Assembly: GCA_025456175.1 (NCBI GenBank)
Contig: JALOLC010000002.1
Coordinates: 1-37,530, forward strand
DNA length: 37,530 bases
Source: Acidobacteriota bacterium
Lineage (GTDB): Bacteria; Acidobacteriota; Aminicenantia; UBA2199
Direction: 5' to 3'
Every line of letters begins with the position of its first letter. The stretch's first letter is position 1. The translations under genes were made by a program, and so were the position numbers. A model generated the notes under the pieces. It was not told the DNA's origin. It saw only the letters and a list, made by a program, of their open reading frames with translations, and made no database searches. Below, one piece after another: positions 27,608 through 36,715 of this stretch.

Positions 27608-28762
27608 TTACGACCCGGTCCAGCTCTGCACCAGCAGGCGCTGGTACAATTCCTGCTGGCGCGCCACCAGCACCTCGGCCGACCACTCGCTGAAATCCTC
27701 ATTGCCGCACTCCCCGAGCCGCCGGCACAGCGCGGGTTCCGCCGCCAGTTTCAAGATGGCCGCGGCGAACCGCCCGTGGTCGGCGACCGGGACCAGGAAG
27801 CCGTTTTCACCGTCGCGGACCACTTCGCGGTTGCCGGGAATGTCGCTGGCCACCAGCGCCCTCTTTTTCAGGCGCAGCTGCACCAGGCTTTGCGGCAGCC
27901 CCTCCCAGAGAGCGGTCGAGACGCCGATATCGAAGCATTCCATGGCGTTCTCCACGTCGCGGATGAAGCCGGGCAGGCGAAACGCCCCGGAGATGCCGCG
28001 CCTTTCCAGCTCGGCCTCCAGCTCCCGGCGCAGCTCCCCGTCGCCGGCAATGAAAAAAATAACCGTTGGATTGCGCTCGAGCACGAGAGCCGCGATGGCA
28101 GCCAGGTGAAAAAGCCCCTTCTGCTGCTTGAAAGGGGCGATGACGCCGCAGACAAAAGAGCCTTCGGGCAGATCAAACCTGGCCCTCTGGACGGTGTTGT
28201 CCCCGCTGCGAACGGCGAATTTTTCCAGGGGGAAACCGCTGCGGATAAGGGAGAAATTGTCGCGGACCAGCCGCTGCCGGCGGGCCATGTCGATGTCGCT
28301 GCGGGCGACGAAGATGAAATGGCTTGTCAGCCGCCGGCAGGCTTTTTCGGCGAGCATATAGAACTGACGCTTGAAAAACGGCTGCCAGGAAGAGAAGGAA
28401 AAACCGTGCACCGAGTGGATGACAACCGGAACTCCGGCCAAGCGGGCGGCGACACGGCCGAGGATCCCCGCTTTGGACGAGTGGGTGTGGACGATTTGCG
28501 GTTGGATGCGCTTGAGCAGGCGAACCAGCTGGAACAGCGCCTGGAGGTCGCGCCAGGGCCGAATCGTGCGCTCCAGGGCGGGAACGACGACCAGGCGGTC
28601 CTCCTGGCTGAGGCGGCTGGCCAACATGCCGTCGGGCCCGCAGAGAAGGTAGGCGTCAAAGCGGGCGGCATCCAGATGCTCGACGGTGTACAGCGTGTTG
28701 AGCTGGGCCCCGCCCAGCTCCAGCTTGGTGATCACGTGAACGACGACGATCGGGCGGCTCAT
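27608..28762 (-). CDS. Glycosyltransferase family 4 (GT-B)
   Basis: GGAQ, HTHSSKAG, WEGLP and SDIPGNREVV.DGENG. Confidence 0.9.
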   Translation of the reverse strand: MSRPIVVVHVITKLELGGAQLNTLYTVEHLDAARFDAYLLCGPDGMLASRLSQEDRLVVVPALERTIRPWRDLQALFQLVRLLKRIQPQIVHTHSSKAGILGRVAARLAGVPVVIHSVHGFSFSSWQPFFKRQFYMLAEKACRRLTSHFIFVARSDIDMARRQRLVRDNFSLIRSGFPLEKFAVRSGDNTVQRARFDLPEGSFVCGVIAPFKQQKGLFHLAAIAALVLERNPTVIFFIAGDGELRRELEAELERRGISGAFRLPGFIRDVENAMECFDIGVSTALWEGLPQSLVQLRLKKRALVASDIPGNREVVRDGENGFLVPVADHGRFAAAILKLAAEPALCRRLGECGNEDFSEWSAEVLVARQQELYQRLLVQSWTGS

Positions 28763-29988
28763 GTCCGGTTGATCCGGCCCGCCGTCTCCCGGGCCATGAG
28801 GATGTCGTCGGCCATGGAGCTATAGTCCCAGCTGCCGTAGCGGCCGATGGAATGGATCCGCTGCCGGCGCAGCAGGGCCAGGACCTTGGGGACCAGCCGC
28901 GGCCAATTGCGGTCGAACACCACATAGGAGACGGGAATCCGTTTCAGGTCGTGGAACAGGATCTCGCTCGGACGGGCGATCATCCCTGTCCGGCGCAGGG
29001 TGTAGGCGACCTCCCGGAACAACTGCGACGCATCGAGAGCGGCAGAACCGGCAACGGTCTTTTCCAGGTAAACCGTGACCGCGCCCGCTGCCGGATAATA
29101 ACCGACGCGGTAGAAGGGGAAGCTCTTCTCGGGCAGATAGAGCCAGTGGAAGCGGCGGCGGCGGCGCGCCAGTACGGCGTTGACCACCAGCGTGGACAGG
29201 TGCAGCAGCTGCTGCCGGGGAAAAGGCGGCGGCGGCGAAATGATCCCCAGGAGCTCCTTCAACGGCATGGTGCTGACCAGATTTTCGTAGCGGTACGCGC
29301 CGGAATTCGTGAAGACTCTCTGTTTTTGCGGCTCGATACCGATGACCTTTTCGTGAAAGCGGATCCGGTCCAGCACGGGCAGGCTGTAGCTTTCGATGAA
29401 CCCCTGGAGCGAGAGGGCGGGATAGTAAAAAACCGGATTGTAGCCCTCGGCAAAGCGCCGCCGCTGCCGTGAGCCGGCCAGCACCTCCTCCAGCCTGGGA
29501 ACGGGGATGCTTCCCTTGTCCATTCCGGGGAGCAGTTGCCCCAGCGGGCGGCCGTAGAATTTTTGCAGGAAGGGAAAGAAAAACAGGCGGTAGAAGCGCT
29601 TCCCGAAGCTGGCCAGCAGGAATTCCTCCAGATTGTCCCCGCCAGCTCCACTGGCGGCGATCATCTCGGCGAGGATGGGACCGCGCAGCGAAGCCGGGAG
29701 ATGGGCCAGGTGGTACTGCAGGGAATAGGGAATGAAGCGCCCGCGAAGAAAAACCTTGCTGTCGCGCCGGAATTCCCGAAAGCGCTGGAACCTCTCCACG
29801 TGCTCCCTGATCCCGGGTTTGCCCTGGAAATGGAAATAATGGCCGCCATGATCGAAGATGAAGCCGCCGGCACGGTACTGCCCCGCCAGGCCGCCGGGCG
29901 TAGCGGCCTTTTCCAGGATGACGAACTCCCCTTCCAGAACCTGGCCGGCGCTCAAGCCCGAGATGCCGGCGCCGATGACGATGTTCAT
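28759..29988 (-). CDS. FAD-dependent oxidoreductase (HemY/UDP-galactopyranose-mutase-like), sugar-cluster associated
   Basis: MNIVIGAGISG Rossmann motif, GG..FDHGGHYF and GRYGSWDYSSM. ATG 29988 overlaps the upstream stop. Confidence 0.8.
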   Translation of the reverse strand: MNIVIGAGISGLSAGQVLEGEFVILEKAATPGGLAGQYRAGGFIFDHGGHYFHFQGKPGIREHVERFQRFREFRRDSKVFLRGRFIPYSLQYHLAHLPASLRGPILAEMIAASGAGGDNLEEFLLASFGKRFYRLFFFPFLQKFYGRPLGQLLPGMDKGSIPVPRLEEVLAGSRQRRRFAEGYNPVFYYPALSLQGFIESYSLPVLDRIRFHEKVIGIEPQKQRVFTNSGAYRYENLVSTMPLKELLGIISPPPPFPRQQLLHLSTLVVNAVLARRRRRFHWLYLPEKSFPFYRVGYYPAAGAVTVYLEKTVAGSAALDASQLFREVAYTLRRTGMIARPSEILFHDLKRIPVSYVVFDRNWPRLVPKVLALLRRQRIHSIGRYGSWDYSSMADDILMARETAGRINRT

Positions 29989-30986
29989 TCCATCTTCACC
30001 TGCGCCAGGACGGCGCCCAGCCCGGCGAAGAAGCAGGCGATCAGGACGGTGCTGAGCACGGTGAAGCGCGGGCCGGAGAAGAAATTCGCCACCACCAGGG
30101 CCGAAAGGCAGAGTTGAGCGAACAGGATGGCGGTAACGGTCTTCTGGGCGGACCACTGGCATTTCTTGCGCAAGCGCAGGGCGAAATGGTCGGGGCTCCC
30201 CAGGAAAGGGGTTTTGCCTTTCAACAGACGCAGGATGATCACGTAAGCCAGGTCAAATAGCGGAATGCCCAGCACGAACAATCCCGACAGGAAGGCCAGG
30301 CGGTTGAAGCGGGTATAGCGCACCATCATGGCCAGCGAGCCGATCAGCAGCCCCAGGACCATGCTCCCGGCATCGCCGAGGTAGATCCGGGCCGGCTCCC
30401 AATTGAAGCTGAGGAAAGCCAGCAATGCGCCCGCCAGGCTGATCGCCAGGATGGAGATCAGGAAGTCGCCGCTGTAGAGCGAGACGACGAAAATGGTCAG
30501 GGCGCTCAGGGCCCCCACCGAGGCGGCCAGGCCGTCCATGATGTCGATGATGTTGAACGCGTTGATCACGGTGAGGATCCAGAAGAAAGAGAGGATGAGA
30601 TCCAGCCACAGGGGGAGGAATACCAGGTCGATGACGATGCCGCTCTTGAGCAGGATGTAGGTGGCCACCACCTGAAAAAGGAACTTGATCCCCGGCGTGA
30701 GCGCCTTCAAGTCGTCGAACAGCCCGACCAGCAGCAGGATGGAGCTAGCGAAAAGGATGCCCAGCAGCTGCTGGTTGAACTGAAAGACCAGGCTGATCGG
30801 TGAAATGAAGGCGAAATAGACGATCACGCCGCCCATGTACGGCACGGGCCGGGAGTGCTGCTTCAGCTTGCCGTCGGGCTGGTCCAGGATCTGGTAGCGA
30901 AACGCGACTTTCTGCGCCAGCGGCGTGCCGTACAGCGCCAGCAAAAAAGCGAGGACGAACGAGAAAGCGAGGAGGATTTCATTCAC
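29985..30986 (-). CDS. Polyprenyl-phosphate GlcNAc-1-phosphate transferase (WecA/MraY family)
   Basis: PVPYMGG, GLFDD, NAFNIIDIMDGLA, FNWEPARIYLGDAGS and PDH; multiple TM helices. Confidence 0.9.
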   Translation of the reverse strand: MNEILLAFSFVLAFLLALYGTPLAQKVAFRYQILDQPDGKLKQHSRPVPYMGGVIVYFAFISPISLVFQFNQQLLGILFASSILLLVGLFDDLKALTPGIKFLFQVVATYILLKSGIVIDLVFLPLWLDLILSFFWILTVINAFNIIDIMDGLAASVGALSALTIFVVSLYSGDFLISILAISLAGALLAFLSFNWEPARIYLGDAGSMVLGLLIGSLAMMVRYTRFNRLAFLSGLFVLGIPLFDLAYVIILRLLKGKTPFLGSPDHFALRLRKKCQWSAQKTVTAILFAQLCLSALVVANFFSGPRFTVLSTVLIACFFAGLGAVLAQVKME

Positions 30987-31908
30987 GGTCTCGGATCCAC
31001 CTCCTTTTCTGCCATGCCCGTCTGAAGGCGGCGCGGGAGCGGATCACGGCGATTATAATTTTGGGAGAGCGGATTGTCAATGCTCCAACCCACAGCAGAT
31101 CCTTGGCCAGGATAAAGGGCAGCGCCGCTCCGTCGCGGCGGAAGCGAAAATTCTTGACCAGGGTCAGGTAGCGGTTCTTCAGCAGGTGGAAGCGCAACGG
31201 GGCGGGCCGCGCCAGGGCCAGGGAGAAGCGCCGCCAGCGGCTGGGCGCGAGCGTGGCGCTGCGGAAATGGTAGGCGACGACCCCCGGCGCAAAAAACGCC
31301 TTCAAGCCCAGGAGGCGGGCGCGCCAGCCGATATCGAAGTCCTCCCAGAACAGGAAGAAGTCGTTGTCATAGTATTCCCCTTCCATGCGCAGCGCGTCCA
31401 GGGCGCGTCTGGAAAAAACAGTCGCCGCCCCGCAAACGGAGAACACTTCTCTCTCCACCAGGACCACCCGCGCCAAGGGGCGCCCGTAGCCCGCCTCGCG
31501 GGGGTACCGTGCCAGCGAACGCTCCTGCCCGGCCGAATCGATGGTTGTGCGGTCGAAGCGCAGGATGAGCGGCGAGAGGAGGCCGGCCTGCGGGTGAGCG
31601 GCGAAGAACTCCAGGGAGCGGCGGTTGAACTCGGGATCCAGAAAGATGTCGGCGTTGGCCACCAGCACCAGGTCGGACGCGGTGCGTTCGATGCCGCGGT
31701 TGGCGGCGGCGGCGTAGCCGATGTTCTCCGGCAGAAGAATTTTTTCCAGCAGCGGGAACGCCTGCAGCACGGCGCGCGATCGGTCCTGCGAGGCGTTGTC
31801 CACGACGACCACCCGCTGGAAGGGAACGGACTGGTCGAAAAGGGAACGGAGGTTCCGCTCCAGGAAATTCTCGGAATTGTAGCTGACGACTACCGCGCTG
31901 ATTTCCAC
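30979..31908 (-). CDS. Glycosyltransferase family 2
   Basis: VVSYNS, VVDNAS.D, NIGYAAAANRG, NAD and FWEDFD. Confidence 0.9.
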   Translation of the reverse strand: MEISAVVVSYNSENFLERNLRSLFDQSVPFQRVVVVDNASQDRSRAVLQAFPLLEKILLPENIGYAAAANRGIERTASDLVLVANADIFLDPEFNRRSLEFFAAHPQAGLLSPLILRFDRTTIDSAGQERSLARYPREAGYGRPLARVVLVEREVFSVCGAATVFSRRALDALRMEGEYYDNDFFLFWEDFDIGWRARLLGLKAFFAPGVVAYHFRSATLAPSRWRRFSLALARPAPLRFHLLKNRYLTLVKNFRFRRDGAALPFILAKDLLWVGALTIRSPKIIIAVIRSRAAFRRAWQKRRWIRDRE

Positions 31909-31942
31909 CCTGCCGCCCGACGCCGCGGTCAGCCGCCCTGGC

Positions 31943-33130
31943 TCAGATCAGCCCCAGCTGCTTGCCGCCCTGCTTGAATCCTTCGAGGATGAAGTCCAGG
32001 TCCTTGTCCGTGTGGGTGGCCGTGAACGAAGTGCGGATCAAGGAGTCCTCGGGCGGAACGGCCGGAGCGATCACCGGGTTGGTGAACACGCCGTAATCGC
32101 GCAGGAACTTCCAGAGCATGAAGGTCTTCTCCACGTCGTGGATGAACACCGGGATAATGGGGGTCTCGGTGTTGCCGGTATGGTAGCCCATGCGGGTCAG
32201 TTCCTTGTTCATGATGCGGGTGATCTCCCACAGCCGCTTGCGCCGCTCGGGCTCATTCTGGATGATCTCCAGCGCCTGATACGCGGCGCCCAGGGCGGCG
32301 GGGGTGATGGAGGCGGAAAAGATCAGCGCCCGGGCGTGGTGCTTGATGTACTGGACGATCGTGCGGTCGCCGCAGACGAATCCGCCCAGGGAAGCGAACG
32401 ACTTGGAGAACGTCGTCATGATCAGGTCGACATCGTCGAGCAGGCCGAAGTGCTCGGCCGTCCCCCGCCCCTTCGCCCCCATGACGCCGACGCCGTGGGC
32501 GTCGTCGACCATGAGCCGTGCATGGTATTTTTTGGCCAGCTTGACGATCTGCGGCAGATTGGACAGGTCGCCCTCCATGCTGAAGACGCCGTCGACAATG
32601 ATCAATTTGCCCTTTTCCGCGGGCTGGTGGGCCAGCTTATCCTCCAGGTCCTTCATGTCGTTGTGCTTGAACTTGGCGATATGGGCATAGGAAAGGCGCA
32701 CCGCGTCCATGATCGAGGCGTGGACCATGCGGTCGAGGACGATCACGTCGTCGCGGCCGGCCAGGGCCGAGATGGTCCCCAGGTTGGCCTGCATGCCCGT
32801 CGAGAAGGTCAGGGCCTCCTCCTTGCCCATGAAATGGGCGAGCTTCTTTTCCAGCTCGACATGCAGCGAATAGGTCCCGTTGAGGAAACGGGAGCCGCAG
32901 GTGGACGTGCCGTATTTCTCGATGGCGGCGCTGGCCGCGGCCTTGATCCGCTTGTCGTCAAAGAGCCCGAGGTAGTTGTTGGAGCCGACCATGAGGATCT
33001 TCTTGCCGTTGACCCACACATAATTGCCCTCCACCTTCTCGATCTCGGTAAAATAGGGATAAAGGTCGAGTTTCTTCATGTCCTCAACCCGGGTAAATTC
33101 AAAACACTTCTTGAAAACGTCCATGCTCAC
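31943..33130 (-). CDS. spt: Alpha-oxoamine synthase, most likely serine palmitoyltransferase
   Basis: YPYF, GSNNYLGL, GTSTCGSRFLNGT, HASIMD, DGVFSMEGD, DDAHG and TFSKSFASLGG. The GSRFLNGT and YPYF pattern is SPT-like rather than BioF/Kbl. Start is 33130 or 33124. Confidence 0.72.
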   Translation of the reverse strand: MSMDVFKKCFEFTRVEDMKKLDLYPYFTEIEKVEGNYVWVNGKKILMVGSNNYLGLFDDKRIKAAASAAIEKYGTSTCGSRFLNGTYSLHVELEKKLAHFMGKEEALTFSTGMQANLGTISALAGRDDVIVLDRMVHASIMDAVRLSYAHIAKFKHNDMKDLEDKLAHQPAEKGKLIIVDGVFSMEGDLSNLPQIVKLAKKYHARLMVDDAHGVGVMGAKGRGTAEHFGLLDDVDLIMTTFSKSFASLGGFVCGDRTIVQYIKHHARALIFSASITPAALGAAYQALEIIQNEPERRKRLWEITRIMNKELTRMGYHTGNTETPIIPVFIHDVEKTFMLWKFLRDYGVFTNPVIAPAVPPEDSLIRTSFTATHTDKDLDFILEGFKQGGKQLGLI

Positions 33131-33172
33131 CTCTCGTTTGCATAACGCAAATGGATTCTATAAAATGGCTTC

Positions 33173-34144
33173 ATGAATATTCTGGTGACCGGTGGCACGG
33201 GATTCGTCGGCCGCCACCTGATCGCGGCGCTGGAGGAAGGAGGCGGCAACCGCTTGCACGCCCTGGTCCGGGACAGCCACAGGTTCGCAGCCAGCTCGTT
33301 CTCGGCCGCCGTCGCGCCGCTGCGCGGAGACCTGTTCACCAGCGAACCATTCCCCGAGGACATCGACACGGTGTTCCATTTGGCCGCGGTAACCAAGGCG
33401 GCCACACCCGGCGAGTTCCGGCGGGTGAACGTCGAAGGTACCCGCGCGCTGCTGGAAAAGCTGAAGCCCTTGAAAAAGCTGCAGCGGGTCGTGCTGCTGT
33501 CATCGCTGGCCGCGGCCGGCCCCACTCGCGGCAATGACCCGTTGCGCGAGGACATGACCGCCGCGCCGATCTCCCTGTACGGCCGCAGCAAACTGGCCCA
33601 GGAAGAAATGGTAGCGACGCATTGTCCGGCTCCGTATGTCATCCTGCGCGCCCCGATCGTTTTCGGCCCCGGCGACATGGACATGCTCGACGCGTTCCGC
33701 TTCGCGGCCAGGGGCATCATGCCGCTCCTGGGCAGGAGGGCGCGCCGGTACTCGCTGATATATGTCAAGGACCTAGCGCGCGCCATGGTCGCCGTTGCCT
33801 TCGGCCCATGTCGGAACGAGATTTTTTATGCCGCCAATCCGGACGCGGTCGAATGGCGCGAACTCCTGGAACAGGCGGCCCGCCTGCTGGGCAGGGGAAA
33901 AACACGGAAGATCGTGATCCCCGAGGCGCTGGGCCGCATTCTGGCCGAATTTTCCGAGCAGCGCATGCGCATCCTGGGGAAAAAGGCGATCTTCAACCGC
34001 GACAAGTTCAGCGAGATGAAACACCCCGTCTGGGTATGCTCGGCCGCCAAGATTGAGGCCATGCTGCATTTTCAACCCCGCTTCCCTTTGTTGGCGGCCC
34101 TGCAGGAGACGATCGGCTGGTATCGCGAGCAGGGGTTTCTATGA
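33173..34144 (+). CDS. NAD-dependent epimerase/dehydratase (extended SDR), CerR/ceramide-reductase-like
   Basis: TGGTGFVG, HLAAVTKA, SSLAA, YGRSK, FGPGD and C-terminal TIGWYREQGFL; divergent from spt. Confidence 0.8.
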   Translation: MNILVTGGTGFVGRHLIAALEEGGGNRLHALVRDSHRFAASSFSAAVAPLRGDLFTSEPFPEDIDTVFHLAAVTKAATPGEFRRVNVEGTRALLEKLKPLKKLQRVVLLSSLAAAGPTRGNDPLREDMTAAPISLYGRSKLAQEEMVATHCPAPYVILRAPIVFGPGDMDMLDAFRFAARGIMPLLGRRARRYSLIYVKDLARAMVAVAFGPCRNEIFYAANPDAVEWRELLEQAARLLGRGKTRKIVIPEALGRILAEFSEQRMRILGKKAIFNRDKFSEMKHPVWVCSAAKIEAMLHFQPRFPLLAALQETIGWYREQGFL

Positions 34145-34151
34145 GCAGGCT

Positions 34152-34628
34152 TCATTTTTTTTTGATCTTGTAATTGCGGCGGGAAACGAAATCTGCCGAG
34201 AATTTCTGAGTGGTCTTCACCGCCCAGGAATCGGGGAAGAGCATGGTAAAGACGATCTCGCCGCTGACGGTGAGGTTGCCCAACAAGGCTTCTTCGTTCA
34301 ATTTGAAGGGGACATCGATCTCCTTTTGCGGATCCAAGAACACGCCGTCGTTCTCTTGGGAGGTGGGGAGATTCAGCTCGGAGCCGGCAAAGAAGATCTT
34401 GGCGAAGGAAAAGTTGTCGTTCTCGTCCAAGCGGATCAGGAACTCAGGGTTGGCCGAGATCTTCACTCCGTTGCGGACAAGGATCTTTATCTTCAGCAGC
34501 CCCTCGCTTCCCTGCAGGACCTGGCGCGGGGACACGGAGCACTCGATCTTCAGGAAATCGTCCTGGGCCAGTCCGGGAACAAAGGACAGGGACAGGATCA
34601 TCATTAAAAAAAGGGTGAACTTGGTCAT
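34152..34628 (-). CDS. Exported hypothetical protein, possibly DsbD-N-like Ig fold
   Basis: Signal peptide and beta-rich sequence; the fold assignment is tentative. Confidence 0.6.
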   Translation of the reverse strand: MTKFTLFLMMILSLSFVPGLAQDDFLKIECSVSPRQVLQGSEGLLKIKILVRNGVKISANPEFLIRLDENDNFSFAKIFFAGSELNLPTSQENDGVFLDPQKEIDVPFKLNEEALLGNLTVSGEIVFTMLFPDSWAVKTTQKFSADFVSRRNYKIKKK

Positions 34629-34715
34629 CGTTCTACCTGGGGAATATACAGCATTCCGGGCGATTTGTCAACCGGAAGCGGTCCGGGAACCCCATCCAGA
34701 CTTGCTCCCTGGGGA

Positions 34716-35123
34716 TCAGGCCTTGTCCACACGATTCAGGAGAATATCGTGGATCGTGACCGGCAAAAAGCGCTCTTGCAGGGTTTTTTCCAGCATGACC
34801 CACACGTTCCTGGCCAGGCACGAGTCCTTGAGGTCGCATTTCTTGCCCAGAACGCAGTCGGTCAGCGACAGGCGCTCGTTGAACGCGGCCATCAGCCGCT
34901 GCATGGAGATGTCCTCCGGCTTCATGTTCAACTGATAGCCGCCGTAAATTCCCTGCTCGCTCTTGATCAACCCGGCTTTTTCCAACGGCCCGGCCAGCTT
35001 GCGCAGGTACTTCGGCGAGACATGCATCCGCTCGCTCAGCTTGGTCGTATTCACCAGCCGTTCCTCCTGGGCAATGGCAATGAGCATGCGCAAGCCGTAG
35101 CGGATCTTGGTATTGATTTTCAT
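34716..35123 (-). CDS. Rrf2 family transcriptional regulator
   Basis: RYGLR, SPKYL, AGLIKSEQG.YGGY.L and three Cys (DCVLGKKCDLKDSC). Confidence 0.92.
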   Translation of the reverse strand: MKINTKIRYGLRMLIAIAQEERLVNTTKLSERMHVSPKYLRKLAGPLEKAGLIKSEQGIYGGYQLNMKPEDISMQRLMAAFNERLSLTDCVLGKKCDLKDSCLARNVWVMLEKTLQERFLPVTIHDILLNRVDKA

Positions 35124-35188
35124 GGGGAAAATATAACCTTATAAGTACAATCTGTCAAATCAATGAATGGCGTTTAATGCCTGGGGCC

Positions 35189-35229
35189 AAAAAAAAACCC
35201 CTTGCTCCTGGAGGGAGGCAAGGGGTTTT
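35189..35229 (-). terminator. Rho-independent terminator after the TPR gene
   Basis: AAAACCCCTTGC...GCAAGGGGTTTT stem with an A9 run on the + strand (U-tract on the minus strand). Confidence 0.8.
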
Positions 35230-35243
35230 CCTGATGGACGGGG

Positions 35244-36239
35244 CTATTTTTCCTTGGCCAGTTCCTTGAGGAACTGCTCGGAGGCCAATTTGCGCTTGCG
35301 GAGCTCCTGAAACTTGTCAATCATGGTTTTGTACTGTTTTTCGTACTCGGCTACCTTCAGGGGCTCGGCGATCTGCTTCTGCTTGTAGAGCAGGCCCATG
35401 TAGGCCCAGGGATCGGGGAAATTGGGCGACAGTTCCGTCGCTTTGTTAAGCGCTTCAAAGCCCTTTTCCACGACCTGCAGCCGCTCCACCGGCCCCATGA
35501 TGTCGGGCGGGGTCTGGTAGCCCTTGTTCCACAGGACGACCCCCAGGCGATAGTAGCCTTCAGACAGGAGATCGGTCTTCTCCTTCTCGTCCAGTGCCGT
35601 TTCGGAGATCTTCTGCAGGCGCAGCTCGTGGTTCTTGATGGCATCGTCCCACTTGCGCTTCTGCTGGAAGAAATCGGCCAGGTACAGGTAGCCCTCGGGA
35701 TCGGCGGGATTCAGGGCAATCCGCTTCTCGTACATCTCGACCGACTGCTCCCACTTGCCGTTGTTGTTGTAAAAGCCGGCCAGGTTGTAGTAGGAGGCGG
35801 GATCGTTGGGAGTGAACTTCTGCACCTGCAGGTAATATTTTTCGGCTTCGGCAAAATTGCGCAGCTTGTCGTTGATGTCGCCCAGGGCTTGGATGATGTC
35901 CTTGTTCTCGGGGTTCATCTCCAGGGCTTTCTGCAGGTACTCGACGGCCTTGGCGCCATATTCCTTGTTCTTCTCGCTGTCGTCGCCCGGCTTGTAAACC
36001 ATGATGTAGCTGGAGCCGAGATAATAGAAAGCCGATTTCAGCTCGGGGTTCAGCTGCAGAGCGGCCTCGTATTCGGCAATGGCCTTTTTGTATTTTTCCT
36101 CGGTGTAGAACTTGTTGCCGGTCTTGAAATGCTTGTTGGCTTTCAGGTTGGTCATTTTGAGCTTGTCGCAGGCGGTGAAGCCGGCAAGGATGCATGCGGC
36201 CAAGAACAAGATGAGCGTAGCCGAGCTAATTTTTTTCAT
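35244..36239 (-). CDS. Tetratricopeptide-repeat lipoprotein
   Basis: GGAGG RBS, MKK signal peptide with lipobox FTA-C, and multiple TPR motifs (A..Y..AL.LNP). Confidence 0.85.
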   Translation of the reverse strand: MKKISSATLILFLAACILAGFTACDKLKMTNLKANKHFKTGNKFYTEEKYKKAIAEYEAALQLNPELKSAFYYLGSSYIMVYKPGDDSEKNKEYGAKAVEYLQKALEMNPENKDIIQALGDINDKLRNFAEAEKYYLQVQKFTPNDPASYYNLAGFYNNNGKWEQSVEMYEKRIALNPADPEGYLYLADFFQQKRKWDDAIKNHELRLQKISETALDEKEKTDLLSEGYYRLGVVLWNKGYQTPPDIMGPVERLQVVEKGFEALNKATELSPNFPDPWAYMGLLYKQKQIAEPLKVAEYEKQYKTMIDKFQELRKRKLASEQFLKELAKEK

Positions 36240-36317
36240 GAACGACCTCCTAAACAAGATAACTTTATAATTTAATATTGGAAAAAAGTCAAGTTGTCCC
36301 GGCTATTTTTTGAGGTT

Positions 36318-36662
36318 TTATTTGACGCGATAGAACCAGATGAGGAAAAGCCACAGGTCCTGGATATAGGGAATGGCCTTGTTGTTCAGGTATATCTTCG
36401 TGGTGTCCCGGTCCTTGACCAGCTCGAACAGGTTGAAGAGGTCCTCGACGTCGGCAGGATGGAAGCTGGCGTAGGCCCGGTAATGATCGCCCTCGCCCTC
36501 CTCCATGAAATAGCGGTTTTTCCGGGCCAGCTCCAGCGCCTTTTCGAAGTTCTTCGCCAGGTGCTTCTGGAAGCGCAGGGTGATCTTGAACTCGCGGTTG
36601 GCCTTGCGCGGGTTCAGGATGTTCTGGAGCTTTTCCTCTTCGAGCAGCTGCCGGGCGTTCAT
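36318..36662 (-). CDS. Hypothetical protein
   Basis: Host-like codon usage; TATAAT lies 6 nt before ATG 36662. Confidence 0.7.
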   Translation of the reverse strand: MNARQLLEEEKLQNILNPRKANREFKITLRFQKHLAKNFEKALELARKNRYFMEEGEGDHYRAYASFHPADVEDLFNLFELVKDRDTTKIYLNNKAIPYIQDLWLFLIWFYRVK

Positions 36663-36715
36663 GCCGCGATTATATATCAAAGGGAGAAGACGGTAAAGTG
36701 GGCGCGAAAAACTCC

